Below, piece by piece: positions 27,610 to 38,716 of a DNA stretch of 64,000 bases; position 1 is the stretch's first letter, and each line of letters begins with the position of its first letter. Both the position numbers and the translations under genes were made by a program. Under the pieces are notes generated by a model, which saw only the letters and a program-made list of their open reading frames with translations, had not been told where the DNA came from and made no database searches. The stretch comes from Spirochaetia bacterium (GTDB lineage: Bacteria; Spirochaetota; Spirochaetia; UBA9216). The stretch spans positions 288,001-352,000 of the forward strand of contig OY776510.1 in assembly GCA_963675665.1 (NCBI GenBank), read 5' to 3'.

Positions 27610-28923
27610 ATGCAGGAGAGAGGCATGTTCAACAAAAAACCTTGTTACGCTCTGGTGCTTGCAGGCGGCGGAGCAAGGGGTGCATATGAAATCGGTGCAT
27701 GGCGGGCATTACGTGAACTTGATATAAGGATCAATGCAGTATGCGGCACCTCGGTCGGCGCATTGAACGCTGCGATTGTGGCGCAGGACGACTATGATCT
27801 CGGCGTAAAAATATGGTCTGAAATGACTATAGACAAGGTTGTAGATGTTCCGGATGGACTACTGAAACACGGAAGACCTGATTTCAGCTTCAGAAACCTG
27901 ATGAAAATCGGCGATTTAAAACTTAACTTTAAAAACCTCGGGCTTGATCCGTCGCCTCTGCAGAATCTGCTTAAAACCGAAATTGATGAAGAGAAAATTC
28001 GCCGCCGGGGAATGGATCTTGGTATAGTCACAATCAAGGTGGATACATTCAGCCCCTGCGAGATCTTTCTCGATGATATGCCGTTCGGAACACTGCCGGA
28101 TTATCTTCTCGCAAGCGCATCGTTCCCTGCTTTTAAACGCGCAGAAATCAACGGCAAACAATTTGCCGACGGCGGCATGTACGACAACATTCCGCATGCA
28201 ATGGTTAAAAACCGCGGGTACCGTAAAATAATCGTCGTTGACATTTCAGGGCTGGGAGCCAATAAAAGACCCGATATAACCGGTACGGAAACCATATACA
28301 TCAAGACTTCAGTACCGCTCGGAAATATTCTTGATTTCAACCCGGATCAGGCAAAAAAGGCAATAAACGCCGGTTATCTTGATACAATGAAGGTTTTTGA
28401 AAAAAACGATGGTCTGAAATATTTCATCATTCGCGACAAAAAAACGGAAACCAGACTTTATGAGCTTCTTCTTAAAAAGGAAAGCATAGATAAATACTCG
28501 GAATATCTGAGGCTGAAAAACCGCAGCTGCACACCTGCAAACGCAGAAATGCTGATACGCGAAGTACTGCCAAAGGAACAACGGAGCAACAGAAACCTTG
28601 TTTTATGTCTTGTCGAATGCGCCGCTGCAGCCCTTGATGTCGAGCGCAACAGACTATACAAATTACCGGAACTGATTACCGCTGTAAAAAACAAGTATCA
28701 CAATGTATTGCAGGGCGGCGCTGTCCCTACCAGAAACGAATCTGAATCGTTTTTTAAAATGATTGAGCATACCATCAGCCTTTTTGTTTCGGAGCGTGAA
28801 ATAAGCGACTACAGTCCGTACGAATATGCAAAAATAATGCGGAGCCATAAAGCTGCAGAAAGCCTCTTTCCCGAACTGGCTGCTGCTGAAATATTTTTAA
28901 GTATTATCTGCGATTGGCATTAA
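27610..28923 (+). CDS. Patatin-like phospholipase
   Basis: GGGARG, GTSVG and DGG motifs; TTGACA-N17-TAAATT upstream. Confidence 0.9.
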   Translation: MQERGMFNKKPCYALVLAGGGARGAYEIGAWRALRELDIRINAVCGTSVGALNAAIVAQDDYDLGVKIWSEMTIDKVVDVPDGLLKHGRPDFSFRNLMKIGDLKLNFKNLGLDPSPLQNLLKTEIDEEKIRRRGMDLGIVTIKVDTFSPCEIFLDDMPFGTLPDYLLASASFPAFKRAEINGKQFADGGMYDNIPHAMVKNRGYRKIIVVDISGLGANKRPDITGTETIYIKTSVPLGNILDFNPDQAKKAINAGYLDTMKVFEKNDGLKYFIIRDKKTETRLYELLLKKESIDKYSEYLRLKNRSCTPANAEMLIREVLPKEQRSNRNLVLCLVECAAAALDVERNRLYKLPELITAVKNKYHNVLQGGAVPTRNESESFFKMIEHTISLFVSEREISDYSPYEYAKIMRSHKAAESLFPELAAAEIFLSIICDWH

Positions 28924-30313
28924 TAAGATCTTTATACCAGTAACCGCTGTCCTTGATGGTCCGGCGCTGGTTTTCAAAATTAACATGTACAATTCCGAAA
29001 CGTTTTCGGTAACCTTCAGCCCATTCAAAATTATCAAGAAGCGACCATACAAAGTAGCCGCGGAGATCGCAGCCTTCGGAAGCTGCTTTTGCCGCCTGCG
29101 CTGTGTATTCGGCAAGATAATTAATTCTGGCTTCATCTTTTATCCGGTAATCAGTAAATTTATCCGTAAAAGCGGCCCCGTTTTCGGTTATATACACCGG
29201 TATATTTCCGTAATCATCACGTAATTTTATAAGTGTTTCATACAACGCTTCAGGGTAGACTTCCCACCCCATTGATGTATAACGAACTCCGTTCTTCAAA
29301 TATTCCCTGTTAGGAATCCGGTTATGATGAAACCGCGTCATCAGAAACGGGATCCACGGAGCCCAGGAAACCTTTAACCGTGAGTAAAGATTTATGCCCA
29401 GGAAATTCATCGGCCGGCTTATAGCTTCCATGTCTTCCGGTTTTATCCCGGGCCAGAAAAGCCCGAATCTTTGCATTAATTGAGACGGATACTCTCCTTT
29501 CAGGAGCGGATCAAGAATAACACCGTTAAGCAGCTGATCTGCATAGGGGATTATATTCCTGTTTGCAGCCGTATTGCTCCCGGGGTGAGGAGGAGCCATG
29601 TTAAGGGTAATTCCGACACGTGAGGCGGGGTAGATCGATTTTATTCTCTCCATTGCATACGCATGTCCAAGAAGCTGGTTGTGAATTGTCCGCCCCCAGT
29701 ACAGCGGGCGAATAAGCCCGGGAGCATGAACACCTAGAAGATGCCCCATGGTAGAATGCACCCACGGCTCATTAAGGGTTATCCAGTCTTTAACCCTGTC
29801 GCCCAACCGGCCGACAACCACCTCAACATAATCGGCAAAGATCTTTGCTGTTTGCCTGCTCAGAAAACCTCCATTGTCGCGGTAAAGCCGAAGAGGCAGG
29901 TCCCAGTGAAAAAGGGTGGCGAAGGGTCTTATTCCGGCTTTCAGAAGTTCATCAACAAACCTGTCGTAAAAATCAAGCCCCTTGCTGTTAACAGCTCCGC
30001 GTCCCTCAGGTATAATTCGGGGCCATGATATCGAAAACCGGTATGCATCAAGGCCCAACCGGCTCATTATTGCAATATCTTCTATATAACGATTGTAATG
30101 GTCACAGGCCCTGTCTCCGTTATCGTCATTGCGGATTTTACCGCGTCGACCGGAGAAGACATCCCATATTGATAAACCGCGGCCGTCTTCGCCTGCAGCC
30201 CCTTCTATCTGATAGGCCGATGTTGACGCTCCGAAGATTGTACCTTCGGGAAATAACGGCATTTTACGCGATGCCGGTTTATCAAAAGTATATTCCTGCT
30301 TTTTTTTTAACAC
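28904..30313 (-). CDS. GH1 beta-glucosidase
   Basis: TSAYQIEGA, YRFSISWPRI, TLNEP and ITENG catalytic glutamates; start uncertain (GTG at 30313 or ATG at 30262). Confidence 0.92.
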   Translation of the reverse strand: MLKKKQEYTFDKPASRKMPLFPEGTIFGASTSAYQIEGAAGEDGRGLSIWDVFSGRRGKIRNDDNGDRACDHYNRYIEDIAIMSRLGLDAYRFSISWPRIIPEGRGAVNSKGLDFYDRFVDELLKAGIRPFATLFHWDLPLRLYRDNGGFLSRQTAKIFADYVEVVVGRLGDRVKDWITLNEPWVHSTMGHLLGVHAPGLIRPLYWGRTIHNQLLGHAYAMERIKSIYPASRVGITLNMAPPHPGSNTAANRNIIPYADQLLNGVILDPLLKGEYPSQLMQRFGLFWPGIKPEDMEAISRPMNFLGINLYSRLKVSWAPWIPFLMTRFHHNRIPNREYLKNGVRYTSMGWEVYPEALYETLIKLRDDYGNIPVYITENGAAFTDKFTDYRIKDEARINYLAEYTAQAAKAASEGCDLRGYFVWSLLDNFEWAEGYRKRFGIVHVNFENQRRTIKDSGYWYKDLINANRR

Positions 30314-30969
30314 CCTACAAGCTCTCCAAGCCTGTCGCATGCTGCATCAAGCGAGCCAATTTCTTCAAAGCACTTTCCCCGCACAACCTCGGATATCTCC
30401 TGCAGATCAGGCACCCATATAACCCGGGCGCCTGCAGCAGCGGCAGAGTTAATTCCGTGGGATGAATCTTCAAAAACAAGCGCCTCGCTGGTTTCTATTC
30501 CGAGGGTTTCTGCTGCCTTGAGGTATATTTCCGGGTCCGGCTTTCCCCGGGTAACTTCATCGCCGCAAACTATTGTTGAGAACCGATCGGAGATCCCTGC
30601 AAATTCAAGGATTTCATCGACTTCCTTTCTAATCGTTGTGGTTGCAATACCGAAAGGAATCCCGGCCAAATCAAGACAACCCAGAAGCCTTTCTGCGCCT
30701 GTCTTAAAGGGAGTTCCTGATTCTTCAAGATATTTTTTAAATTTAAGCATGCTCTTTTCACGCACCAGGTTGTAGGGAAAGCTTTGGCCCATCGTTTTCA
30801 TGATGATACGTTCAGTCTCTTCAAATGTTGTCCCGATACAGCTTATTACCGTATCCCATTCAAGCCTCCAGCCCTCTTCGGATGCCGCCTCAATCAGACA
30901 TTCAGAAAGAAGCTTTTCCGTATCCAGCAGAGTGCCGTCCAGATCAAAAATCACGGCCCTAATACTCAT
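30307..30969 (-). CDS. HAD-family phosphatase (beta-PGM-like)
   Basis: FDLDGTL, GKPDPEIY and FEDS..G. Confidence 0.9.
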   Translation of the reverse strand: MSIRAVIFDLDGTLLDTEKLLSECLIEAASEEGWRLEWDTVISCIGTTFEETERIIMKTMGQSFPYNLVREKSMLKFKKYLEESGTPFKTGAERLLGCLDLAGIPFGIATTTIRKEVDEILEFAGISDRFSTIVCGDEVTRGKPDPEIYLKAAETLGIETSEALVFEDSSHGINSAAAAGARVIWVPDLQEISEVVRGKCFEEIGSLDAACDRLGELVGC

Positions 30970-31075
30970 GGGGAATACTTTACTGCTTTATTGATTTTTT
31001 AACAAGTAAAATCGGTCAACAACCGAATAAGGTACAGTGGAAAACAGCGCGAATATTTATTGTATCTCTTTCCCG

Positions 31076-31663
31076 TCATTCAGGAATAAATTCATACGTA
31101 ACACTTATCTGAATAGAGTCGTCAAAATGAGAAGACTCTTCAACCGCAATTATCCTGCCGATTCTGCCGTTTGATGCAGCCGCAATTTTTTCAGCCTTTA
31201 ATTCAGCTTCGGCGATTATCTCGTCATATCCGACGGGAAGACTCTCATCTGATATTTCCGGACTGAGCGCTCCCCAAAAACTGTGAACTCCGGAAGCCCC
31301 GGCTGAGGTAACGCGTTCGATAAAAAGATCCCGCTCAATATCGCCGGTTATAGAAACCTGCATGTCCTTTGTGTAATAATATTTTCCGTCATACTCGCCG
31401 GAATGAGAAGATCTGATTGAAAAATCAAACGGTTCCAGCTCCATCTCCTGAATCGTTGATTCAACGGCGGAGAATGAGCTTTCCGCCTTCTCTTTTGCCG
31501 ATTCAACTGAATCCGCAGTTTCATGAATACTGATTTCAATAACTTCTCTGGATACCCGATCGGACTTGCCTACTGCATGTACTGTTATTTCCGCATTACT
31601 GCATCCGGTAATTATTAAAGAACTGATGATTATAAGAAAAGAAATGACGACTGTTTTTTTCAT
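31076..31663 (-). CDS. SIMPL (DUF541)-like lipoprotein
   Basis: Lipobox ITGC; A..KAEKIA....IGRII.VEE C-terminal pattern. Confidence 0.55.
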   Translation of the reverse strand: MKKTVVISFLIIISSLIITGCSNAEITVHAVGKSDRVSREVIEISIHETADSVESAKEKAESSFSAVESTIQEMELEPFDFSIRSSHSGEYDGKYYYTKDMQVSITGDIERDLFIERVTSAGASGVHSFWGALSPEISDESLPVGYDEIIAEAELKAEKIAAASNGRIGRIIAVEESSHFDDSIQISVTYEFIPE

Positions 31664-31771
31664 GTGAATTCCCCGTTTTGATAATATCTTTTTTCAGGAT
31701 TATACAGATTAACAGGAATTTAGTCCAACTGAAAAAGTCGGGATTGTCTGAACTATCAGTGGCTGAACCTG

Positions 31772-31804
31772 AAAAAAAAGCCGCTTCCCTGATAAGGAAG
31801 CGGC
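31772..31804 (-). terminator. Intrinsic terminator after the BMP gene
   Basis: GCCGCTTCC-TTATCAG-GGAAGCGGC followed by T8. Confidence 0.85.
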
Positions 31805-31831
31805 CCGTTAATCCGGCGGTTACCGGTTATC

Positions 31832-32941
31832 TTATAGTCCGATTTCAGCTCTTGTTGTCGGAACCTTAATCTTGCCTGCTTTCATGTCGGCAATAGCAGC
31901 GTCAACAGCGTCCTTAACTTCCTGGGGAACAACAGAATCAAAGCTGTGGAATTCAGAAATGCCTACAGCATCATCATTAATTCCGAAAACTCTTGTGCCG
32001 CCCTTAAAAGCTCCGTTAACAGCCGACTCAACAGCCAGGTATGTTGCCTGAACAATTTTTTTCTCAGCCGAGGTTAGAACAGTATCGGGAGCGGTAGCAT
32101 TCTGATCTACGTCAACACCGATAGCAAGAACGCCCTCTTCCTTGCATGCATTGATTGCGCCAAGGCCTGTAAGACCGGCGGCATGGAAAACAATGTCCGC
32201 GCCCTGCTGGATCATGGCAAGAGCAAGTTCCTTGCCCTTTGCCTGGTCGGTGAAATCGCCTGCAGTTGCGCTGAGCACTTCAATATCGGGATTCACGCTT
32301 CTTGCACCGGCAATAAATCCTACTTCATATTTTTCAACGGGAGGAATAAACATGCCGAGAACAACGCCGATTACATTGTCGTCATTAAGCTTGTCTGATG
32401 CCGACGCATATTCTTTTGTCATCAGCCCGGCGACAATTCCTGCAAGATATCCGGCTTCATGCTCGTTAAAAACAATACCCATGAAGTTATCGGGAGAACT
32501 TTCTCCTGCGGAAATATCAATACCGGCAAAAAGAGTGTCGGGATTGTTAACTGCCGCTTCGTTTACAGCCTGATCCATAAGAAATCCAACGGCAAAAACT
32601 ACATCAGCACCGTCTTCAGCAAGACCTGAGAGATTTGGAACATAGTCTGTCTGCTGTTTTGACTGAACTACTCTTGCTTCAGTGCCGAGTTCTTTTTCAG
32701 CCATCTTCAGGCCGCCGTAAGCGCCGTCGTTAAAAGATTTGTCGCCGAGTCCGCCAACGTCTGTTGCCATGGCGGCAATCATGCCTTCACCCGGAAGCGC
32801 GGGAGCTGCTGCCTTTGTTTCTTCCGCTGCTGCGGGAGCTTCAGCTGCTTCTTCTTTCTTGCACGACATACTACCTAATGCCACAAGCAAAATCAGGAGC
32901 ACAAGACCGATAATTCTTGCTTTTTTCATTTTTTCCTCCAA
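31832..32941 (-). CDS. BMP-family (PnrA/TmpC-like) nucleoside-binding lipoprotein
   Basis: Lipobox SMSC; GGLGDKSFN, EAGYLAG and IGVDVDQ; own promoter TTGACT-N17-TAACAT near 32972-33000. Confidence 0.92.
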   Translation of the reverse strand: MEEKMKKARIIGLVLLILLVALGSMSCKKEEAAEAPAAAEETKAAAPALPGEGMIAAMATDVGGLGDKSFNDGAYGGLKMAEKELGTEARVVQSKQQTDYVPNLSGLAEDGADVVFAVGFLMDQAVNEAAVNNPDTLFAGIDISAGESSPDNFMGIVFNEHEAGYLAGIVAGLMTKEYASASDKLNDDNVIGVVLGMFIPPVEKYEVGFIAGARSVNPDIEVLSATAGDFTDQAKGKELALAMIQQGADIVFHAAGLTGLGAINACKEEGVLAIGVDVDQNATAPDTVLTSAEKKIVQATYLAVESAVNGAFKGGTRVFGINDDAVGISEFHSFDSVVPQEVKDAVDAAIADMKAGKIKVPTTRAEIGL

Positions 32942-33085
32942 GATAATTAAATGAATTAAATGAACCTTCTAATGTTATCCTTATTGATCACCTAAGTCAA
33001 TCAGATTTTTGTCCTCATGAATAGATTTAACAAAACCCCTGAATATCGGTCTGATTCTCAATGCGGAAAATATACGTTACAGGTA

Positions 33086-34114
33086 TTAAACTATGCTTTT
33101 AAAAAGCGCCTCAATATTCTCAGGAGGAATGTCCGGCAGGATTGCTTCGTGGCTGGGAGACAGGATTAAACCTGTTGGAAAAATCTGTTTCAGCTCAGCT
33201 ACCTTCTTCCGTACATCATCAACCGCACCGTTAACCAGCAGATGCTGGGCGTCAATCCCGCCGCAGAAAGCCACCCTGTTTCCAAATTCATCTTTCAGCG
33301 AACCGGGCTCCATTCCTTTTGCAAGGGCCTGAATCGGATGAATGACATCAACACCGATGTCAATCAAATCGCCTATTATCGGCCTTATGGAACCGCATGA
33401 ATGATGTATAACCTTTAAACCGTATTTATGCGCCTGTTCAACAAGTTTCCCGGTCCCGGGAAGCACAAGATCATTGATAAGTTCTCTGGACAACATCAGA
33501 TTTTCCTGGCTGCCGAGATCATTTCCAATCAGAACAGCATGAAGCTTGCCTTTTGCAGCTTTATAAAAGATTTCATTCGCCTCAAGATAAAACTTGAGTA
33601 TTCGGTCAATCACAGCCTTAAACATCTCCGGTTCAAGGATCATTTTCATCATTGCCGTTTCCATACCGAAGGCGGCACAGGCATCCTGAAAATGCGCTGA
33701 CCAGACAACTCCCAAAACAGCTTTATCTTCCGGCGCAGCCTCAACCGCCCTGAGGCATTCTTCCGGGTCAATGTACTTTTTCGGATCAGGCCAGTCAAAA
33801 TCATCAACAAGAGACGGATCGGAATAATCTTCAAAAAAGCCTGCAGCGGTCAGGGTCCGTTCGACCTCGTCGCCTTTAAACTCTTTTCCAAAATCAAAGG
33901 CCGCATAGATGGCATTACTGGTTGGTGATTTATAGGGAAGCTCTACGGGATAGATATCATCATTTACAGCTTCAGACATTTCCCTGATATCTTTTATCCT
34001 GAAATAATCCAAAAGAGCCTGATGCGCTTCCGGGACCGGAAGTCCCAACCAGCTTGCCGGGTAATCTACGGGCTCTCTGTTTATTGTTGCGTAAAATCTT
34101 TCAATATGTTTCAT
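33086..34114 (-). CDS. URO-D/MtaA-CmuA superfamily protein 1
   Basis: GNDLG, HHSCG, HPIQ, FCGGID, SPSHE and PPENI motifs. Confidence 0.82.
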   Translation of the reverse strand: MKHIERFYATINREPVDYPASWLGLPVPEAHQALLDYFRIKDIREMSEAVNDDIYPVELPYKSPTSNAIYAAFDFGKEFKGDEVERTLTAAGFFEDYSDPSLVDDFDWPDPKKYIDPEECLRAVEAAPEDKAVLGVVWSAHFQDACAAFGMETAMMKMILEPEMFKAVIDRILKFYLEANEIFYKAAKGKLHAVLIGNDLGSQENLMLSRELINDLVLPGTGKLVEQAHKYGLKVIHHSCGSIRPIIGDLIDIGVDVIHPIQALAKGMEPGSLKDEFGNRVAFCGGIDAQHLLVNGAVDDVRKKVAELKQIFPTGLILSPSHEAILPDIPPENIEALFKSIV

Positions 34115-34154
34115 GGTTTTCTTTTACCTGTATTTAAATATTTGGTCATACGAT

Positions 34155-35342
34155 CTACATTTCAGCAATATCATATTCGCCGAGTTCAAGCGGATAGTTT
34201 CCATATTTACGCATTAACCCGACAACATACTCATAACGTTCGGCACTGACATTACTGGGCACGGAATGATCGGACTGAACTATATACCCGCCGCCTTTTG
34301 CCGCATTCAGTTTTGTCAGCACTTCTGCTTTAAGTTCTTCAATAGGCGCATCGGCCCATTTCATGGCATTAATATTTCCGCAGAATCCCATTTTATGACC
34401 ATACTGTTTTCTTATATCAACAACATCAAGGCCGGATTTTGCTTCAAGGGGGTTGTAGGAATCGAGCCCCATCTCAATAAAATCCGGATAGATAGCCGAG
34501 GCATTTCCACAACCGTGATATATGACGGGAAGATTCCTGGAATGACAGTAATCAATTATTGCCTTTACACCGGGTTTGAAATGTCGGCGCCAGTAATCGG
34601 GTGAAAAAAGCATGCCATTAACATAGGCAACATCACCCCAGATAACCATTCCGTCAAGCAGGCCGTCCGCCGCTTGAATCTGGGCTTTCACCAGTTCAAA
34701 GTTAAACTCATTAACGCGTTTCAGAAACTTGCCCAGTTCTTCAGGATACAAACCCATCCACAGCATCATGTTTTCAGAACCGATAATTCTCCAACCTTCC
34801 TCATGGCCCTCGCAAACCGATCCGTAAACCGGGAAATCGGGATGAAGTGATTTCACAGTCTCTATCCAGGGCGGACTGTTACGGGTAATCACTTCGGACA
34901 CGCCTGCAATCTGGTTGTCTCCGCCCTTGAAAAAACGTCTCTCATCCCACGGATCATCAAATTTAAATGCTTTCATTTTGTCAACAGTATCTGTATCAAA
35001 ATGTTCAAAATACGGCATCTGCCTGCCGTCGCGATGCCTGATTACAGCCTCAAAACCGGTTCTCACAAGCATATCGCCGTCATTATCAGAAAGAATTTCA
35101 AAGTCTTTGATATGGGGATCCATGTTGGGAGTAGTGGCAATCCAGTCAAGATCATAATGATAATAAGGACTTGCATCCTTGGGAAGTCCAAGTTCCTGCT
35201 GCCATCGATCTATAAATGTGAGCCAGAAAAAATCACTGAATGGGACTCTGTCAGGTTCCTGATGTGATAGTGCAGTATTCATTCTGCCAAGTTTTTTTAA
35301 ACAATTATCAGTTCTATTCACAGTTATAACCCTTTCTACCAA
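34155..35342 (-). CDS. URO-D/MtaA-CmuA superfamily protein 2
   Basis: H.EPDRVP, WGDVA, YHGCG, NPLE, FCGNI and GGGYI..SDHSVP. Confidence 0.82.
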   Translation of the reverse strand: MVERVITVNRTDNCLKKLGRMNTALSHQEPDRVPFSDFFWLTFIDRWQQELGLPKDASPYYHYDLDWIATTPNMDPHIKDFEILSDNDGDMLVRTGFEAVIRHRDGRQMPYFEHFDTDTVDKMKAFKFDDPWDERRFFKGGDNQIAGVSEVITRNSPPWIETVKSLHPDFPVYGSVCEGHEEGWRIIGSENMMLWMGLYPEELGKFLKRVNEFNFELVKAQIQAADGLLDGMVIWGDVAYVNGMLFSPDYWRRHFKPGVKAIIDYCHSRNLPVIYHGCGNASAIYPDFIEMGLDSYNPLEAKSGLDVVDIRKQYGHKMGFCGNINAMKWADAPIEELKAEVLTKLNAAKGGGYIVQSDHSVPSNVSAERYEYVVGLMRKYGNYPLELGEYDIAEM

Positions 35343-35440
35343 TTGAGTAATTTCTTCAAGTTCAATTTATTGAAATCATTCCGGCAGAACCGCCGGAAAT
35401 ATCTGCCGCGGATAGCCCGCGGCAGTCGTTTTTCGAATTC

Positions 35441-36637
35441 CTACCACTGGGGCGGATAAAATTCTTCTACATCATCAATTGTAATCATATGCTGGGGAAG
35501 GTTTCTGATTGGTTCGATTTCTTTTCCGTTAAACCAGTCTGCTGCAGTTTTTACAGCAAGAGCTCCATCGCCTTCTGCCGTCTGATAAGTGATAGCGTAA
35601 AGCTTGCCTTCCTTAACAAGGTCCATGCCGACTTTGCTGTTTCCGGCTGCGATAACTACAACATCTTCACGTCCGGCTTTTTTGAGTGCTTCAAAGATTC
35701 CAAGAGCCTGGGCCGAGTCATCAGCCGCACAAATGCCCTTAAGGTCATCGCCGAATCGGGTAAGCCAGTCGGATACAAGCTGCATTGTTTTATCAGCTTC
35801 AAATCCGGGAGCCTGTTTGTCGAGGACTTCAATTCCGGGAGCATATTCGGCAAGTTCGGATATCGGACCGAAACATCTTGCAAAATAGGGAGATCCACCG
35901 GGGGCGTGCTGTATATAGGCAACTCCGCCTTCTTTTCCAAGCTTGTCTGCCCAGAGTCTGGCAAGCTTTCTGAACTGACCGAAGTCATCCGGTCCGGTCC
36001 ATGCAATTGCATAATCCATTGCTGCTGCATCAGGAAGGGTGTTGAAGAGTATCAAAGGTATGCCGGCTTTGTTTATTTTTCTTGCCTGCTGGGGAGCTGT
36101 TTTTGCATCTAACGGGATCAGAAGGATCATGTCGGGTCTTTCGTTTATTGCCTGGTCGATCATCTGGTTCTGTACGGCAAGATCCCAGTTCGGGGACTGA
36201 ATCTTGATATCCATTTTGTAGGTATCAGCTACTTTCTGAGCTCCTGTAGTACATGCGGTTGTCCATGGATGGTCGCCGTGTACGATCATTATTACCTTTT
36301 TGCCAATTGCACCGTCTGCCGGGGATGCAGGGATGTTTGTCTTGTTTGTAATTTCTCCTGCAAACTCCATGTCCCACCAGTGCAGTGGATCTTCTTCAGG
36401 TAATGCTGAAGGGTCTGCCGGCCTTTGAGGTACTGTTCTTTTAGTTCCTCCTACCTTGATAAGCGCCTGTCCGTCGGCTGCGGTAAGAGCCAGCGCTTTC
36501 TCATCCAGTGCAAGTGATGCAGCAAGGTTTCCGTTGTCAACTGACGCTGATCCGGCTTCCTGTTGTCCGCCTGCGAACACCATTCCAACTGATGCAGTCA
36601 GCAGCAGTACCATCAAAAGTGTCAAAATCTTTTTCAT
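35441..36637 (-). CDS. Sugar ABC transporter substrate-binding protein (RbsB-like)
   Basis: Signal peptide then AGGQQE; Peripla_BP fold; two GC-rich hairpins downstream (about 35379-35425). Confidence 0.88.
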   Translation of the reverse strand: MKKILTLLMVLLLTASVGMVFAGGQQEAGSASVDNGNLAASLALDEKALALTAADGQALIKVGGTKRTVPQRPADPSALPEEDPLHWWDMEFAGEITNKTNIPASPADGAIGKKVIMIVHGDHPWTTACTTGAQKVADTYKMDIKIQSPNWDLAVQNQMIDQAINERPDMILLIPLDAKTAPQQARKINKAGIPLILFNTLPDAAAMDYAIAWTGPDDFGQFRKLARLWADKLGKEGGVAYIQHAPGGSPYFARCFGPISELAEYAPGIEVLDKQAPGFEADKTMQLVSDWLTRFGDDLKGICAADDSAQALGIFEALKKAGREDVVVIAAGNSKVGMDLVKEGKLYAITYQTAEGDGALAVKTAADWFNGKEIEPIRNLPQHMITIDDVEEFYPPQW

Positions 36638-36669
36638 CGTTTCCTCCGTTTAAAATATTCCAACAGGCT

Positions 36670-37698
36670 TTATGCCTGGTTCTGGACTTCAAGTTCTTTC
36701 ATCAGCTCAGGACGCTGACCTATTATTTTTTCATGTTTATATGCAACCCAGGCTTCATAAAGCACAACTGTTGCAAGAATAATACCGGCTATAAAAATCT
36801 TAACTTCGTTTCCAAGACCGAAGAGAATAATTCCGTTATACAGAACATCAAGCATCAGAATCGCCATAAAGGTTTTAAAAATCCCGCCCTTGCCGCCCGA
36901 CATTGCCGTTCCTCCGATAATTGTTGCGGATATAACGTACATCAGGGAAGATGTTCCCATATTCAGGGTTGCTGCGGCGCTTTCCATGGCAAAGAGGACT
37001 CCGCCGATACCGGCAAAGACACCCGACATGATAAAAGCGGCGATAGTGTATCTGTCGGTATCAATTCCGGCCAGCCAGGCAGTCTGAACATTACCGCCGA
37101 CCATATAGAAGTTCCGGCCTGTCCGGGTTTTTCTCATAAAGAAACTGGCGGCCACAACAAGAATAACCGTAATCAGAACCCTCGGAGTCACCAGGGGAAA
37201 GATCATCATTCCCAGCCAGTCCGAGACTGCAAATGCATCCGGAGTTGACAAGCTTACGGAATTACCTCCGGTAAAAGTATAAATTGCCCCCTGAAGAACC
37301 GTCATCATTCCCAATGTTACGATGAACGAATTGATTTTTGCTTTTGCAACAAGCAATCCGTTAACAAGTCCTATCAGACCGCTGGCAATTATCGCCACGG
37401 GAACACTTCCGCCGAACCCAAGATATTCTTTGAGCCCCAGCCCGAGAATACCTGTAAACGTAATAATGGTACCGATAGACAAATCAAGCTGTCCGATGAT
37501 TAAAATGACTGTAAATCCTATAGCTACAGTAGCATTCATGGCCATTGTGCGCATTATGGTTGTAAGATTAAAAACATTGAAAAACCTGGGGGCAAAAACT
37601 GCCATAAACAGGAACACCAGGCCAAAAAGCAGGAAGATCCTGTTCCGGTCGACCAGTACCAATATTGAACTCTTTTTCTTTATTTTATTATGCATCAT
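36670..37698 (-). CDS. Sugar ABC permease (RbsC-like)
   Basis: LDLSIG, FIVTLG, GGN..A.LAGI and IIGGTAMSGG.G. Confidence 0.9.
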   Translation of the reverse strand: MMHNKIKKKSSILVLVDRNRIFLLFGLVFLFMAVFAPRFFNVFNLTTIMRTMAMNATVAIGFTVILIIGQLDLSIGTIITFTGILGLGLKEYLGFGGSVPVAIIASGLIGLVNGLLVAKAKINSFIVTLGMMTVLQGAIYTFTGGNSVSLSTPDAFAVSDWLGMMIFPLVTPRVLITVILVVAASFFMRKTRTGRNFYMVGGNVQTAWLAGIDTDRYTIAAFIMSGVFAGIGGVLFAMESAAATLNMGTSSLMYVISATIIGGTAMSGGKGGIFKTFMAILMLDVLYNGIILFGLGNEVKIFIAGIILATVVLYEAWVAYKHEKIIGQRPELMKELEVQNQA

Positions 37699-38716
37699 CC
37701 CGTCCCAATGTCCTAAGCGATTTAGCGTTAATTCCGACTACAATAATGAAAATTGCACCCCTGATCATATCCTGTGAGAATGTTCCGATACCCAAAAGCG
37801 TCATGATATTATTCATCAATCCGATAATCAGAACTCCTCCGAGGACCCCGATTATCGAACCTCTTCCGCCGGCAAGGGTCATACCGCCGATAACTATTGC
37901 AGTTACCGCCTTAAAGTCGTATCCTCCGCCGTTGTAATATGCCCCGACCCTGGAAAGCGAGGTAATAGTAAGACCGCCCAGGGTAGCCGTCAGTGCGCAG
38001 ATAATAAAACTCAGACCGATTATTCTCTCAACATTGACGCCAGAAAACTTCGCAGCCTTATTTGCCGCGCCCGTGAACTTCAGCTGCTGACCGAATTTGG
38101 TCCGCTTCATGAGGAAATTCATGAGAATTACGAGTATTATCAGAAATACAACCGGAAGAGCAATCTTGTTAAAAAATCTCAATCGGTAAATACTGTCGAA
38201 AAGATCGCTTGCCCGCTGAGATTTGGCTATCATGTCCGGATAAATCTGCTTATTCACCCATACAAGCCTGATAACGCCCAGAGTTACGTAATTTACAGCC
38301 AGCGTCCAGATAATGGGATTAGCCTTGAACTTTCCTATTGCAACTGCGTTGACAAACCCGATAGCAAGGCCGACAAGTACTGCAACCAGAACTGCAGGAA
38401 GAAATCCGAACTTCAGCATCTGAACGGCAACAATACCGGTCAGGGCCATTGTTGTGGGAACCGACAAATCGGCATAGTGTCCCGAGTAGGTTACAAAAGC
38501 CATACCCACGGCAACAATGCCGAGCATTGAAACCGCATCTACAATATTAAGCATATTCTGCGCAGTCAGAAAATTATTAATAACCCCGAGTGCCTGCAGA
38601 ATAATACCCAGAAGAAGAAACATTGCGGCAACTGCATATATCCCTACTCCATGGAGTATTTTTCCAAGAATATTATATTGAGTGGATCTGCTGTCCACTG
38701 TTTTCGTATTTTCCAT
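37688..38716 (-). CDS. Sugar ABC permease (RbsC-like)
   Basis: DLSV, G.....A..SGV and AIVIGG..L.GG.G. Confidence 0.88.
   Translation of the reverse strand: MENTKTVDSRSTQYNILGKILHGVGIYAVAAMFLLLGIILQALGVINNFLTAQNMLNIVDAVSMLGIVAVGMAFVTYSGHYADLSVPTTMALTGIVAVQMLKFGFLPAVLVAVLVGLAIGFVNAVAIGKFKANPIIWTLAVNYVTLGVIRLVWVNKQIYPDMIAKSQRASDLFDSIYRLRFFNKIALPVVFLIILVILMNFLMKRTKFGQQLKFTGAANKAAKFSGVNVERIIGLSFIICALTATLGGLTITSLSRVGAYYNGGGYDFKAVTAIVIGGMTLAGGRGSIIGVLGGVLIIGLMNNIMTLLGIGTFSQDMIRGAIFIIVVGINAKSLRTLGRDDA

Noticed and set aside
30300-30308. A9 tract at the HAD/GH1 junction as a phase-variation or frameshift site
   Set aside because: The GH1 start is uncertain and A/T runs of 8-9 are common in this window
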